A stretch of DNA of 63,648 nt, filler included, from Phoronis australis (GCA_002633005.1; 11 parts of 11 records of this genome joined end to end with filler, not necessarily neighbours in it); one strand, 5' to 3'; positions 27,701-40,990 are shown, counted from the first letter of the whole stretch. Notes: generated by a model not told the origin, from the sequence alone. Made by a program: numbers and translations.

Positions 27701-30687
27701 TATTGCAAGGCCAAAAACATGTTCTTTTCCAAATACATACCTTAAATTTTACAAGCACAAATTCATGGCATTGCACAAAAGATAACCGTGGTTAACAAAT
27801 ATATAGTGTGTGTTACTTGTGGTTTACAAAGAATGACTTAAAAAATAAGCCACAAATCTCCACTAAACTTTCAGAATGTTAAGGTGAGCCTACATCACAC
27901 AACCCTACTGTTTTTTGATGAAAGTATAGGACAGGATCTTTTTTACTCTTTGGCGTGATCTCAATTTAATTCAGTCAGTGACCTCTGTTCTATGTAAAGG
28001 CTCGAGTGTAGGACTGAAACAGTGAAAATATTAACATGGGTGATCTAGAAAGTGACCGAAAAGTTAAAATAAATACTAACTACATTTCATTTTTGATGTG
28101 GAAAGAAGATATTTTGGAGCTCACTACAATTATTTTGCTCTTTCAGGTATAGTTACAATATTACAGGTGAAAGTTTATCTCTACCTGGGTCTGTCTGTGA
28201 TACACAGTGGGAAACCCTGTTGCCATCGGCGATGGAAAAGACGCCTTAACGTTACACTCATTATGTTCCTGAAACATACAAGCACAAGTGATAACATTAT
28301 TCATATATTTGATACCATTTCAATAAAGAAACTACATACTTTACCTCGCAAGCTACTATTAAAGTACTGCCATTGACCAAGTCTGATTCCAACAAGAAGT
28401 ATTTTTTCCAAAATGAAAATTATCTTATGTATTTTTAGAGTCCTATTTAAGTAACTTATTACGCAGTGAACATCCAAACTGATTATCAAAATTATTTTGT
28501 CATCTACTGATGTCATTCGTTTCCAGCAGTAAAAAAACGTCGCTAAATTTTTGTAAGTTTTTAATCCAGTATTAGACTTAATCTTGATCTGTTTCCAGCA
28601 GTAAAGTTTATTACGGATGTTGTAATCCAATGTTGTATGCATTGAACTCAAGTTCAGCTGCTCAGACAATTTCCACACACCAATGTGGTCCATTACACAA
28701 GCTATGGCTTTCAGCACGCAGTCTTCTTCTTTGACTCAACTTAGTTGACGACTGCAAATTTCAGCAATTAAACTAACTTCTGTCAAAAACCCATGATTCA
28801 GATCACTTACCACTATCAAATCAGTCTCGGCTTGTAATGAACTCAAATTTAGAGGTGACTCCTGGGCTTGGGAAGGATTATCATTTTGTTATGGCTCAAG
28901 CAGAGGCTCAGTGAGTTGGCTTGTCAAGGTGCGACAATTTTTACACCATGCTCTCAAGCTATAACAAACCCTTAGTCCTTTCCAAGCCCAGAATCCACTT
29001 CATACATAAGTAAGGAACAAGTGGAAACCAGTTTGATTCCGATAAGTGGTTGAAATCTATTTCCAACAGCTTTAAAATAAAACCTAGTTTTTACAAACAC
29101 CTCTAACACAACAATGCATCTAAATGGTTGTCTCTAGAATTAAGGAATGTTTGCTCGGGTGTACTCACAATAATGCTGGACAGTGCTTTGGTAATATGTT
29201 GATCATGTTCTGAAATGAAATAACAGTTGATAAAGCAGAGATGAAAAGGAAAATCACTACGGTAGAAACTTGAACTGAACTCTACCACTTTCTGTGTAAG
29301 CAATAACACTTTACCACCATGTGTCTTTGCGGTGCAATATTACCATACAGTTACAAAATAAAGACCTGAGCATTCACAAAGACTCTGAAATAAAACACTA
29401 CTTTCCTGTCTGGGTTAAGGAACTCACTATAGATGAAATTTACAATGGAATCACCAGTGAATATTTTGATTTGACAACAGTGCACGCCATTTTGTTTATT
29501 TTGCAACCCTACCAATTTTCAGAATAAAATTGATCTATCAATATGTTTTACATGTTAATATAATCAAAGAATGAAAATTTTACTTTCAAGTCTTTCTTCA
29601 GCATCTTCCTGATCAATGTTCCTGCTCCTAAGCCTTTCTTTGTCTTCTTTGAACTTTGACTTTTTCCTGGGAGGATTCAGCACAGGGAAATTCTGTGGTA
29701 ATTCTGAAAACATTTTATTCAAAATGCAGCGGCAATTTTTTAAATGAAAAGTTTCTTCCAAGTTTTTGGCTATATAGTAATTTTGTTTCAAGAGAATTCA
29801 CTCAAAACAGAATCTGCTATTAACTATTAACCTTGAAACTCAAAATGTGGCCAAATGGAAGTGCAGTGCAGACTGGGAACATTGTGCCCCTACTTATAAC
29901 TTTCTCCATAGCATGCTCCATTCAAATTTCACTGCATTCTTGAGGGGTATTAGTATCACTGATAAGCGGTGATATACACAAGTCACCCCACTGTGTTACT
30001 CGGACAAGTTACACAATAGAGGTTAAAGCATATGACTAAAGAACCAGCAGTTGCAATGCACATCATTTCCCTTTTCTTCTGTTGCAGTTAAACAGTTTTT
30101 GCCATTCAAACAATGATAAAAATTCAAATTTCAACGACTGATTCAATATTTATCATCAGGTGTTTCTAAAATAGACAGGAAAGAATGTTGCCACAAACAG
30201 ACAATGGTTATAGCCTACACCCATCTCTTATCCCTAATCCCCAAACAAAAAGGCCAGTAATTAAAGTGCATGTGCTGGGGTAAGTACTCATTATAATCCC
30301 AACCAATAGGAAGCTGTCATAATTGCCAGCTTGAAATGTGATGTAGCGCCTAATGCAGTCATTCTGGACCATTGTACTCATAAGTTAATAACGACTCAGT
30401 CCAACATAAGCGTGAAACAGTTCAAAAGTTGTTTTATAAATCGAAAATGGTTGAAAGGAGCAGGACTGGAGCTTTTAATACAAAATGAACTTTATCGCAA
30501 ACTCTGCACAAATATTTCACTAACCAAGGCTGACAACATCTCTGTCTGTTTCTGCTTCCTTTTTCACTTCACTGCCAACAGCCGGCTTCACCACTTTCGC
30601 TGAGGCATTTTCCTTAGCTTTCAAGAACTCTTCTTGAAATCTAAGCAGGTCATCTTCATCCTCCTCTCTGTGCGGTCGCTTGAACAT
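24754..30687 (-). CDS. RPAP1: RNA polymerase II-associated protein 1, N-terminal part (3'-truncated by a gap)
   Basis: Nine phase-compatible GT-AG exons: 30525-30687, 29584-29703, 29169-29209, 28185-28268, 27578-27671, 27001-27159, 26139-26294, 25511-25620 and 24754-24957. Motifs: MFKRP..EDEDDLLRFQEEFL, ENRERLAAMS..VLAEQ..L...DPKLVSFIKS (RPAP1_N) and ARFDLQG...GLHHHGDEPERPGYTLEEL (RPAP1_C). Confidence 0.93.
28862..28991. mobile_element. Small inverted-repeat (hairpin) element in an RPAP1 intron
   Basis: ctgggcttgggaaggatta...tttgttatggct versus agctataacaaa...tagtcctttccaagcccag. Confidence 0.55.
29916..30252 (+). repeat. Interspersed repeat, second copy at 41715-42058
   Basis: Shared ctccattcaaatttcactgcattct start and colinear similarity through ...cccc(a)aacaaaaa. 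Confidence 0.7.
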
Positions 30688-31528
30688 TGTTTGCAATAGT
30701 GAGACTCAAACTGAAACCAACAGAAGAGTCAAACATGACTAACTTTGAGTGCTAATAGAGTCCCTGCTACAGAAAATAAGTAATATTTAGCAATAGGTGC
30801 TACCCACTCGTCCAGATGTAACTAAATTGAAACTAGAGTTGTTATCTATAGTGAACCTTGCATCAGTTAAATCCAACGAAACAGAAATTTTATCTGACAA
30901 TGGCAAAATGCAACTCATCTGAAATATTGTGTAGTTTTCGCTCCCAAATCCGGACTTCTAAGCAACTGACACTGATCATTTACAGCACTTTTAATAATTC
31001 TAAAAACCAAGAGTGTTACCAAATACAAAAAATAAGAGGATGTAATAGTAACATAAAAAAGAAATGAACCAGAGAGGTTATATGAATGACTAATTAAAGC
31101 AGCAGGGAAATAATTTCAATGATTCAAGAGATTTCTACTGCATCAAGACAAAGATTTTAGAATATGGATCCCTCACAGTTGCTGTGAAGAATTTAGTCAG
31201 ATATTCATCTAAAATTATACATACTTATACATTAATTGTACCTTTGGTGCTGCTTGATACAGTAAAAATTCAGGATGTAGAGACATTTACAAAAATGTGA
31301 TGAACTTAATTATTCCAACTACCTATATAAAATTCGCAGATAAAAGCTTTCTGATAGACAAAAAATAAGCAAACACCTATTGTGTATGTTTGAAATGTAG
31401 TGTGCATAGATCATCTCATAGGTTGAAGTGTAGGAGTTTCCACAGTTTGTAAATTAAATTCATTACTGATCCTGATACATGCAGCGTGTGTTAATGTAAG
31501 CAAGACACATTGGAACACAATTTTTAAT

Positions 31529-32108
31529 AGACAGTGACCACCGTCTCTAGTTGAACTACAGACGGTGAAGCTCCTATCAGCACTTCATCCGCCGGAAGCT
31601 TTTCGGCAAATTATGCCTCACACTGATTGAAAAAACAGTCACGTTGTTGTAAGTACCTTTTGCGCATAGAGGGACAGCTTAAGAGGCCATTGTTGTCTTT
31701 AATTCCTTCCAACTCGAACGAATACTCCCATAATCTAACTTTTTCTTTGAGCAGTCCTTCATTCAGTTCCTAAAATCGGAAACTGACCATTTTTAATACT
31801 GCGCGCAGCATGTGGTAGGCTATGATGTTGGTGTGCGCTGCATTTTGGAAACCGAAAGAAGAACTACTCAAAGAAAATGTTTGATAACAGGAATATTATT
31901 TTGAGTTGGAAATTGGGAGGAATTAAAGACATCGACAGCTTCTAAGTACTAAGTAGATTGGTGCTGGTCGCTCCACCGATTCCCATTACAAATATAACAA
32001 AGTGACTTTAATGTTTTAATCAGTGTGAGGCATAATTCGCCGCAAAGCTTCCGGCGTCAAAAAGCTTCACCGTCCCTACTGGCCAGCTAGAGACGGTGGT
32101 CATTGCCT
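31529..32108. mobile_element. ~580-bp foldback MITE (long imperfect palindrome) in RPAP1 intron 1
   Basis: agacagtgaccaccgtctctag ... ctagagacggtggtcattgcct, with further inverted arms inside (tatgcctcacactgatt / aatcagtgtgaggcata). Relatives at 33335-33888 and ~3835-3915. Confidence 0.8.
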
Positions 32109-32279
32109 GACTTGTTAGCTATATCTTTTACTTTTATCTTGGACTTGGAATTCCCAATAACTGAGGTTCCTTCTGAGGAAACCAAACCTTTGGAGATACG
32201 GCAGCTCAAAATGGAGCTACTGTATTAAAAAATGACAGTCAAATACCACGCAAACACGATTAATTTACAGATGTTTACT

Positions 32280-32715
32280 ATCTCACGTACCAGAGATTTG
32301 TCAAGCAAAATGCGCTCAAATAAGCAGGTTTCATGTTTTTAACAGGGGGCGGCCATATTAAAAATACCCGGATAAAAGCTGCAGCAAGGCTAAATTTTTA
32401 GTGGTTAAAATTTTTAGAACTATATTTTAAGTATTAATTAATGAATAACGAACATATTATTAATGGATTAATTTTAAAACGGTAGATTTTATCTATAATT
32501 ATTCAAATATGAATACAAATAATTATTATTTAACATTATAAATGCCGAAATACAGACTCTTAATTTTACACTTTTATCAACCACCAATAACTTCCATTTC
32601 CGCGTGCGCGCGCATTTGTTTTTCACCCCTGGCAACTGGAAGCCATCGCAGGGACTACAACTGCATTTTTTTATTTTTATGTTTGTAAAGTGCGTCGCAT
32701 TTTATCACGGGTAGG
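32280..32715. promoter_or_regulatory. Bidirectional promoter and non-coding first exons of RPAP1 (-) and TCTE1 (+)
   Basis: Outward-facing donors (~32290 on -, ~32710 on +); YY1-like ggcggccatatt at 32348, NRF1-like gcgtgcgcgcgca at ~32602, RFX half-site ctggcaac at 32629 and an ACTACA motif at ~32654. Confidence 0.5.
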
Positions 32716-32990
32716 TTTTCCTAGAGTTAAAGTGCTTGCTTCGTTATGAATTAACAGACTTTAAATGAAGTCTTGGATTTTCCTGTGACACGTCCTCGCG
32801 AAGTGGAATTCCGAATTGGCGAACTGAGTCCGCCTCCAACTCCAAGTACCCACGGCAATAGTCGTCTCTACTTAGCAGTAGAGCTTTTCAGTGAATTATG
32901 CCGCACGCTGCTATTCACCTAGTTTGAAAGTTGAATTTTGTACTCTAAACTCTGTGACTGTTTTTACAATAATTGTTCATTTCAGAAAAA

Positions 32991-33249
32991 ATGTCGGAAG
33001 GGGATACAGGTACCGAGAACAAGGAAAATGTGACTGCAGATAAGCCTGCACCCAAGCCTAGCTCGAGGTCCAACTCTGCTAAACAGGCCACCATTGACAC
33101 TGTTGAGCCACCATTACAAGTGACTAATAATCCATCTGGGGACTTGAGGAACATGCGGCGAATCATTGCTGAAGATCCTGAGTGGTCATTGACAACTGTT
33201 CCTCTCCTTGTGGATTTGTGTACAACGCATATAGTGACAAATTTTGCCA
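32991..33249 (+). CDS. TCTE1: Dynein regulatory complex subunit 5 / T-complex-associated testis-expressed 1, first coding exon
   Basis: tttcag|aaaaaATG acceptor and A|gtaagt donor. MRRIIAEDPEWSL..VPLL..LC..HIV.NF is the conserved TCTE1/DRC5 N-terminal motif. Confidence 0.9.
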
Positions 33250-33334
33250 GTAAGTTGTTATGTAAATTTAATTTATAGGTGTACTAAGAAGAGGGACATT
33301 GAGTGGTGAATTATCAGGGAGCAGCGTTAATAAT

Positions 33335-33888
33335 AGACAGTTATCACCATCTCTAACCAACTAGAGACTGTGTAGTTTCATACGTCAGAAACTTTTTGGC
33401 GAATTATGCCTTACACCGACTAAAACATCAAAGTCACGTTGTTATAAATACCTTTTGAGCATAGAGGAACACCTTAGGACGCCCTCGATGTATTTAATTC
33501 CTTCTGAGTCAGTGAAATACTCCCATTATCAAACTTTTTCTTCGACCTATCTTTTGTTCAATTCCCTCAATCCAAAACTCGCCATTTTTAATACTACATG
33601 CTGCAGGTGGTATGACGACATGACGTTATATCCCCTGGTGTACGCAGTGTGAAAATGGCCAGTTAGCACTTTTGGGAATTGAATGAATGAGGGTCTGCTC
33701 GAAGAAAAAGTTTGATAACGGGAGTATTTTGTCGAGTTGGAAGGAATTAAATACCTTGTCCCTCTATGCACAAAAGGTATTTATAACAACATGACTTTGA
33801 TGTTTTAATCAGTGTGAGGCATAACTCGCAAGAAAGCTACCGGCATATGAAGCTCCTATAGGAGCTACACCATCTCTAGTCAGCTAGA
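33335..33888. mobile_element. Second copy of the foldback MITE, in a TCTE1 intron (cut by a gap)
   Basis: Starts taat|agacag like the 31529 copy; colinear similarity and internal inverted arms. Confidence 0.78.
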
Positions 33889-34564
33889 NNNNNNNNNNNN
33901 NNNNNNNNNNNNNNNNNNNNNNNNNNNNNNNNTTAATTAATTAANNNNNNNNNNNNNNNNNNNNNNNNNNNNNNNNNNNNNNNNNNNNTTTTGACACTAT
34001 GAACGAGTCTGTATTAAGCTATCAAACAAAAAGTCCAATCGTGTTTTCAACGAAGTTTGTGTTATCGAAGGGCTGCTACTGAACTATACTGTTAACAATA
34101 ACTGAGAATATTATAGATAAAGGTGTAGTGGCATTAGTTATTTCCTTCTTTGTAAACAGTAATTAATGTAATTGATTTGAAAAATACCAAAAAATCATGG
34201 TTTAGCTACTTGACCCATCTTGGTAATGTCTTCTTAGTATTGGAATGATTAATTATCACTACATGGTGTGCCATTGTCATTATTTTGTGACCAAAATGCA
34301 CTGGTGATTTGTGCTCAGACCTTATATTAGAGTTTACTACTTTATATTTTTATTATAACTTTTACACTAACGTAGTCAACACATTTAGTGATTGTATTTT
34401 CATGAAGTGTGTTGGTGACTGTTGTTGTGCTGGTAGCTTTACTAATGAGTATGTCAAACTGTGTACAAATATTTATGTTATGGGGTAAAGCAACCATTTT
34501 TGATGTTATGTTATCTTGGAAGTTGTTTCGTGTTAATGTTCCCCTGGCGTGTATTTATAATCCA

Positions 34565-34766
34565 TGGAACACTGGAAAGTGTCATAAACGGCCCAACTAG
34601 AAAAGGGCCTGCACCTTAGTCCTGCATTCAGTTTCATTGAGAAAACCTAATGTCCTGCTCCCTATTGAACACAGTTCATTCAGGTCATTGGTTTTTGCTG
34701 AAGGAAATGAATGCAGAACTGAGATGAGGGCCTTTTGTTGGGCCGCTTGCATCACTTCCTGTTCCA
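34565..34766. mobile_element. ~200-bp imperfect foldback element
   Basis: ggcccaac...aaaagggcc...ctgcattca...aaaacc.aatg.cctg is mirrored by cagg.cattggtttt...tgaatgcag...ggccttttgttgggcc. Confidence 0.6.
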
Positions 34767-35074
34767 GAAATACACATTTAGTGTATTCTCACCAAGGGAA
34801 TAGTTACTAACACAAAAAACGTAACCAGAGATTTGCATTTTTACTAATTGCAACATTAAACATAGTTTGCTTTCTATCAGCTTGTCTGTGTGGACGAGGT
34901 GTAGTTGTTAACAATTAATTTGATTATTATGCAAGTACACTTTTTATTGGAAGATTGTTTTTTGAGTGATAGATTGCAATAAAAGTATTTTCAAGTTTGC
35001 TAATCAATCGTTTCACTACAGGGTACACGCATGCTAAAAATTTCCAAAGAAAATAAGAAAGTTGACAAGTCTGG

Positions 35075-35182
35075 CAAGACAGGGTGCAACACAAGTCAGG
35101 GTGCAACACAAGACAGGGTGCAACACAAGACAGGGTGCAACACAAGACAGGGTGCAACACAAGACAGGGTGCAACACAAGTC
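35075..35182 (+). repeat. 17-bp minisatellite x6 (caagacagggtgcaaca)
   Basis: Direct inspection. Confidence 0.95.
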
Positions 35183-36104
35183 ATTGTTGTCAGAAGTCGT
35201 GAAATATGTTGGATTTCATTTCTAATTTTAATTTCATTGTTGTTGTACAGGACAATTTTTTATAATTTTTAAGGAAAAATTTGTTGATAAAATGACTTAC
35301 CGGTAAGTCATGATAATTTTCTCGGTGTCTGGTGTAGAAGCTGCAGAGGCCAGCAGGTGTACTTGCCCAGGGCCCTGTTTTATCAAGAGTCCTACACCTG
35401 TGTAGAGTTTCGTAGACACAAGAATCTTGGTAAGGAAACTAGTGTTATCACATGCTTGGTCAGGATTACCATGGCGATGGCTTGAGCGTAAGATGTATTT
35501 CATGCTCCTAAGTATGTCAAGTATATAGCAGGAACTAAATGCCAATGCTATTTAAACATCATCTACGCTAAACAAAGTGCAGTAATTATTGAAAAATTTC
35601 CGCGTTTTTTGTCATTGGTCATTCCAAGCCCTGACAACTAGTAAATGTGAAAACAAAAAATTCTGCAAATAAGTGGCCTTTGCACTAATGACTTCCTTGG
35701 GGGCTCACATAACCGCAGCGTGCAGTGTCATTCCCCAACACTACGTACTCACAATACTTACTAGACACAGTTGAGTGATTTTTGACACAAAAACTCATTC
35801 TTAAAAACACTTGGCATTGTTCAAACTACTTAATATTCACATCCCTGTTTTATGTTGTGGTTTTACTTTGACCAAGCAGTCACAGGATGCAAGTTCCACT
35901 TCACTGTTTTCAATTCTATGAATTGAGAGTGTCAACTACCAGTACACGCGCTTTGGTCAGGGTACGAGTGTGTGTATTACCATATTTTTATCAGTAGCAT
36001 ATTAGCCACGTAATTTTTTGTAGGTAAGTATAGGTAGCAACCCAGAACAATCGTGGACCTATCACTCAGGGCCCATTAGTGACTGAATTTTCAAAAAATT
36101 CTGC

Positions 36105-36186
36105 TGGCAGCGGTGGGATTCGAACCCACGCCTCCGAAGAGACTGGTGCCTTAAACCAGCGCCTTAGACCGCTCGGCCACGCTACC
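36105..36186 (-). tRNA. tRNA-Leu(AAG)
   Basis: GGTAGCGTGGCCGAGCGGTCTAAGGCGCTGGTTTAAGGCACCAGTCTCTTCGGAGGCGTGGGTTCGAATCCCACCGCTGCCA: 82 nt, complete cloverleaf with a long variable arm and a T6 terminator a few nt downstream. Confidence 0.97.
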
Positions 36187-37024
36187 ATTGGTGAAGGCGA
36201 GTGTTAATTATTTTGTACTTATTAAATTTTACACATTATTCCCAGCCTGACTTTTAGATATATTAATTTCTATATGAAATGTGTATGTATACTTAAAAAT
36301 TATTTCTATTGTGTCAACTGACGGTCCTTGAGCCTTAATTAAATGACAGCTTCTTATGTTCCGTTTCACACCACATTACCGTAAAGCGTCAAAATGGCTG
36401 CGCCCTACGAATCGCTTCTGATTGCATAAATTTACGTTGTTGTTATATTTGTGCTTTCTGGACCGGATTCCAAACACAAGATATGATTTCATGCGTTAAA
36501 ATTTTGAGGCAGTGTAGGATTTTGCACGGAATTTTGAGATCCAGTCTACGAGAGGTAAAAATTTGTTAGCCTTGGTACAAAGCTGCATAGCATAAATTTG
36601 CGCCGATGTGGGTAAAAAGTGGTAAGATAAAATCTGACTCAAAATTAGTGTCATTAAAAACTACAGTCTTCTTTGAGTAAACTAAATTATTTAGAAAAAA
36701 TGGCGTTCTTACGTTATTCTGCTGCTAAATTTGTGGAGCGATCTTATTCTTATGCGCCCTACCATGAAATATTGCATCACCTATTGGCCAGTTTTTTTTT
36801 CGCCGATTCTTCTATCAACTGTTCTTCTTCCACAAGGTTGCGTAGATGTCATAACAAATTATTGCAACTGGTTTCATTTTTAGAATTTTAATAACAAAAA
36901 ACAGAATTTCAGAAGAAATTTTGCGGCTGCCAAGCTATCATCATCTCCCAAGAGATGTCGCAAAAATTTAGGAAATGGTGCATGCGCGTGTCATGAGCAT
37001 ACTTTTTTCAAAATGACGACATAA

Positions 37025-37300
37025 CTTTTGTTTGTTAGAAAAGGCGGAGGAATATGCAAGAAAATGTCGTTTATTAGATAGTATTCCATTTGAACGGCTG
37101 TAACAGGCAAGGTGAGTGTCGTTTGATTTCCAGATTTTGCATGCACCCCGTCCAGTCTTTAGCTTTACATGTTGACACAGGTTTCATGGCGAGTTGATGA
37201 GCAGAACTACCCTGGCTGTGAGCAATTTCAGGGTCTATGGAAGAAAAACACACAGTGGTTTACCTAGCTGTATTTTGACGATAGTCTTCATACAGCTAGC
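37025..37300 (+). repeat. Interspersed repeat, second copy at ~48030-48305
   Basis: Shared aaaaggcggagga(a/t)tatgcaagaaaatg...acggctgtaac..gcaaggtgagtg and gaactaccc.ggctgtg...aatttcagggtcta. Confidence 0.75.
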
Positions 37301-37563
37301 TGGCTGGCTATGGTTACTCATGCTAATGTTTTAGCCAGAGCTGGATGTACCGATGATGATGTAAAATAAACATTTTGCTTAATACTTACTGGAAAAACGG
37401 AAGCCAAGCTAATCTCAGAAGACTGTGTCACTGTTTCGACTTAGCAGTAGAAACGGTGATGCTCCCACAGGGCCTCGGGGCCTTCATACTCCAGAAGCTT
37501 TTCAGCAATGATGTGTTGTGAAACGTGCTTCCGATGAATCATATATGAGCCTCTGTTAGCAAC

Positions 37564-38032
37564 CAGGCCTTTATCCAGGATTTCGAAAATAGGGTGTCCA
37601 TAATGGGGCTCCCAATATTCCAGGGCGTCCATGATTCCGACGCATAACCCCCCCCCACCCCCAACAATCCCCCCAAACACACAGATTTTTTTTACAAAAA
37701 ATGCATAGACCAAGGTTTTTACATGTACGTTTACAAAACAGCCTTCTGTTGTGAGCATTTTTACTAAAAAAACTGTGTAGATCAAGACTTTCCAAGTTTC
37801 CAATGCTATCAACCAAGTGTGAGCATTATAGCAACATTGTATATATACTTTGTATATACGTTGTATATCTTCCTGCTTTGAAGTTTTCATAGGCTTCCTA
37901 GTAATCATTACAACCTGTGTGTCCAAACTGGAAAGGTTCCTATTTATAGTGGGCCTCCAAATGATACATTGGGTGTCCTTGCCAGGGCATCCATATTAGT
38001 GCTAGGGCGTCCATACCCTGCATAAAGGCCTG
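37564..38032. mobile_element. hAT-type MITE
   Basis: TIR caggcctttat(c/g)cagg, 8-bp TSD ttagcaac/ttagccac and internal gggYgtccata repeats. Confidence 0.8.
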
Positions 38033-38161
38033 TTAGCCACTTGCTTACAGGCAATAGCGGATTTGCAGCGACGCCATTTTGAAATTAGGTTAATATGGTG
38101 CATTGTGGGTGCTGTGGTCAGGATTCCGAAAGCGGCCATAGTAACAAGCATAATACGCGGT

Positions 38162-38362
38162 ATGAGCGCGAAGAAAACTTACGGCGGATACACTTGTGTT
38201 CCTGGCTGCTTCAAAAACAACAAGACAGATAAAAATCTGAGTTTTTATGTGTTCCCTGCAAACCAAGAACTTCGGGAAAAATGGATAAACAACATATAGA
38301 GCTGGGGGTAAGGGGAGATTTAGCGCATTCAAACCAACGCGGGGCCATCTAGTAGGCAACAC
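38162..38362 (+). pseudogene. Degenerate THAP zinc-finger ORF (transposon-derived)
   Basis: YTCVPGC..N...LSFYVFP...LREKWINNI, then stops, then FKPTRGHLV. Confidence 0.65.
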
Positions 38363-38642
38363 GTAGCCCCTTGGTTGGCAATATAGGGGCTACAATACTT
38401 CCATTCGCTTTCTGTANNNNNNNNNNNNNNNNNNNNNNNNNNNNNNNNNNNNNNNNNNNNTTAATTAATTAANNNNNNNNNNNNNNNNNNNNNNNNNNNN
38501 NNNNNNNNNNNNNNNNTAGCTCGTCGGTTGCATACCCTGGGCAATACAAATATGATAAATCAGAATTTAACTGCACTGCCACTCTAATATAAATACATGG
38601 CAGACGTCATCCAAAGATAAATGAAACCCCCAGTGCTCTCAC

Positions 38643-40990
38643 CCTTGCTTGTTCCGTAAGTGTGATCGGCCGCAGGCCCTGTGTTAGCACTTCCCGTTCC
38701 ACCACTCTGTCTTATCCAATCAAACTGGTCGGTGATGTCCTGCGTGAAGCCGCACACCTTTTTATCCTCAAACGTGCACAAGCGAGTTGGTGCGGGAGTT
38801 GTCCCCCCTGGCTGAGCAGTAGTTACAGCTGAAAACAAGGAGTTGGAGTCACACGATTCACCCAAAACTCTAAACATGCAATTTTTAAATGACAAAGTTT
38901 TAAAAGCAAATTTAAATCATAACATGTCTCCCCACTTTTCCCAAGTGACTGCATAATGAATTAGTCTCCTCTCACATCAACCGTGAGAATTCTGATACTG
39001 CCAGATGTGTGAAAATAACTTCTCTAAGAAGCAAAAGCACAACAAACTCCACAACTATGATTTAAAAAATTCAAGAAATGTGGGAAGCCTTACACCCAAA
39101 AGACGAATCTCTAAAGACCAACAGCAAATGAGAATGGCGTTCTACTAATGAAAGCTTTTAAAGCTTGTCAATCTAATGACATCATTTCTAGCCAACTGAT
39201 CAGAAGCAGACGATGCAAGAAAGTGCGCGCGGGGCAGACGTATTGCATGACAGTAGTTAGCTCGTAAACATTGGGTGACAAGACAGATAACTTTGTGATG
39301 TGTTTTGTCAATTGAGCGCACCAGGATTCAAACCACTGGTCAACTGCAACAAGTTTTATAGTGCAAGAATGACTAACCAGCTACCGATGAAAATTAAGAT
39401 AGAAAGCAAGCCTCAAAATAAATTATCAACTGAAGTCTTTTGCATAAAAGATTCTTTAACAAGAGTGCGTTTTTCCATTGTGTTCGTTTTGGTAATGAAG
39501 ATTAACACTGGGTACGAGAAGTCTTAATTTATTCTTAACCTATATTCAGCACATAATAAGGCGCACAAGTGAAATTTTAACAAACCTATCCTCAAAACTA
39601 TGGTCTGTACTGCTTAGAGGAGGTAAAACTGAATTTGGTGTTTGTAGCTGGGTAAACATAAACAGCCTTTGAAAAAATGAGAAATGATAACTTTGAGCGA
39701 AAAAAGTTGAGAACTGCCGTAAGCTGGGAAGCACTTGGTGGCAACTTACCAAAGCAGCTACCATCAGTGAGAGTGACGTCGTCTAGGGCGATGTCACCCA
39801 TATAACTTTGCCCTCGTATCGCTTCGAACACAATCTGTAACAAACAAAACAGTGTGGGTCGAGAAGCAATGTCACAACCACAACAAATAAAGGAAACAGA
39901 AAGTGACCTTGCTCCACAACAAACAATAAGTCTTCCCAACTTGAAAATACTCAAACAATTTCTGTCAAGAGAGATTAAATTTTTCAACTTACAAAATGCA
40001 AATTCCTTAATTCAAGACGATTTCTTCAGAAAGAAATAGCCGCAAATCACATGGGACCAGTGAATCATATCGCCACCTAGCTGTACCAGGAGGTACTTCT
40101 TCTTCACAGCAGGAGGCATAGAGAAACATTTTGATTTCAGTGTACAGGATTGGATGTGACGCGCTTTAAACTTAAAATTTAACTTCCTCTTTGTCCTCTA
40201 GAGGTCACTAGCATCCAGTGTATCCTTTGTGATGAGTTGCGTTGTTGCTACTTGGAAGTCACCCATTTCAGAAACATAGACTTGTTAGATAGCATGTTCA
40301 CATTTTTGTCAAGAAAGGGATTTTTTAAATTTCCACTCATACTGATCTCCCTTGTTTCAAAATCCAGGAGACACAAATCCAAGTTTCTAGGAACGAATAA
40401 AAATGCTGCTTCGGTGGCTACTTTCCACCATTTTCTGATTGAATTTCCAAATCTGTATTTGATAAATAACACAATATATGCTATTTTGGGAGACATGAAG
40501 AACACCAAAATCGGCCATGTAATAATTTTCAGAATCAACAAAATTCAACCTCCGCTGGAATTTCAGTGTCCTAAACTTTAGAGACTGTCTCAAATCGGAG
40601 AATTTTTTCTCATCTGCTACTTTTTTGACATAAGGCGGGTTCCAAGCAGCTTTTCTACAGACTTTGAAATCAAGGAAATTTTACCACGTCTGACATTGCA
40701 TAAACGTTTCCTGTACAACGTCTGCCATACCGTGAATTGTGCCTTAGCCTTTATGTCCACCACAGCCTGCCGCCATACATTCCCTTGCGTGTTTTTCTTG
40801 GTCCATGTTGGTTTTCCCAGTGAGGCACCCGTCCTGACGTACATATTCAAGGTGTCCACGTGCGACCCGTACATGTGGTACCAGAACCGTAGGCACTTGC
40901 CATTTCCAGCCTGTACCGAGGGGCTCTCGATGCGGGCGATGTCACCCTTCTTGCGCGGACTTGATGTCTCGATATAAATGTAGAAACCCT
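38643..40990 (-). CDS. Multi-MAM-domain protein (MALRD1/MAMDC-like), three internal exons
   Basis: Phase-compatible exons: 40731-40990 ([19 protein letters not shown]...[10 protein letters not shown]...QGNVW), 39750-39834 ([17 protein letters not shown]...GSC) and 38643-38828 (CTFE...CGFTQD..DQFDW.R..G.T.S..TGP..DHT.GT). Confidence 0.92.

Noticed and set aside
35292-35311. Perfect 20-bp palindrome with donor-like words on both strands
   Set aside because: No supported exon on either side and no TSD; insufficient evidence of function.
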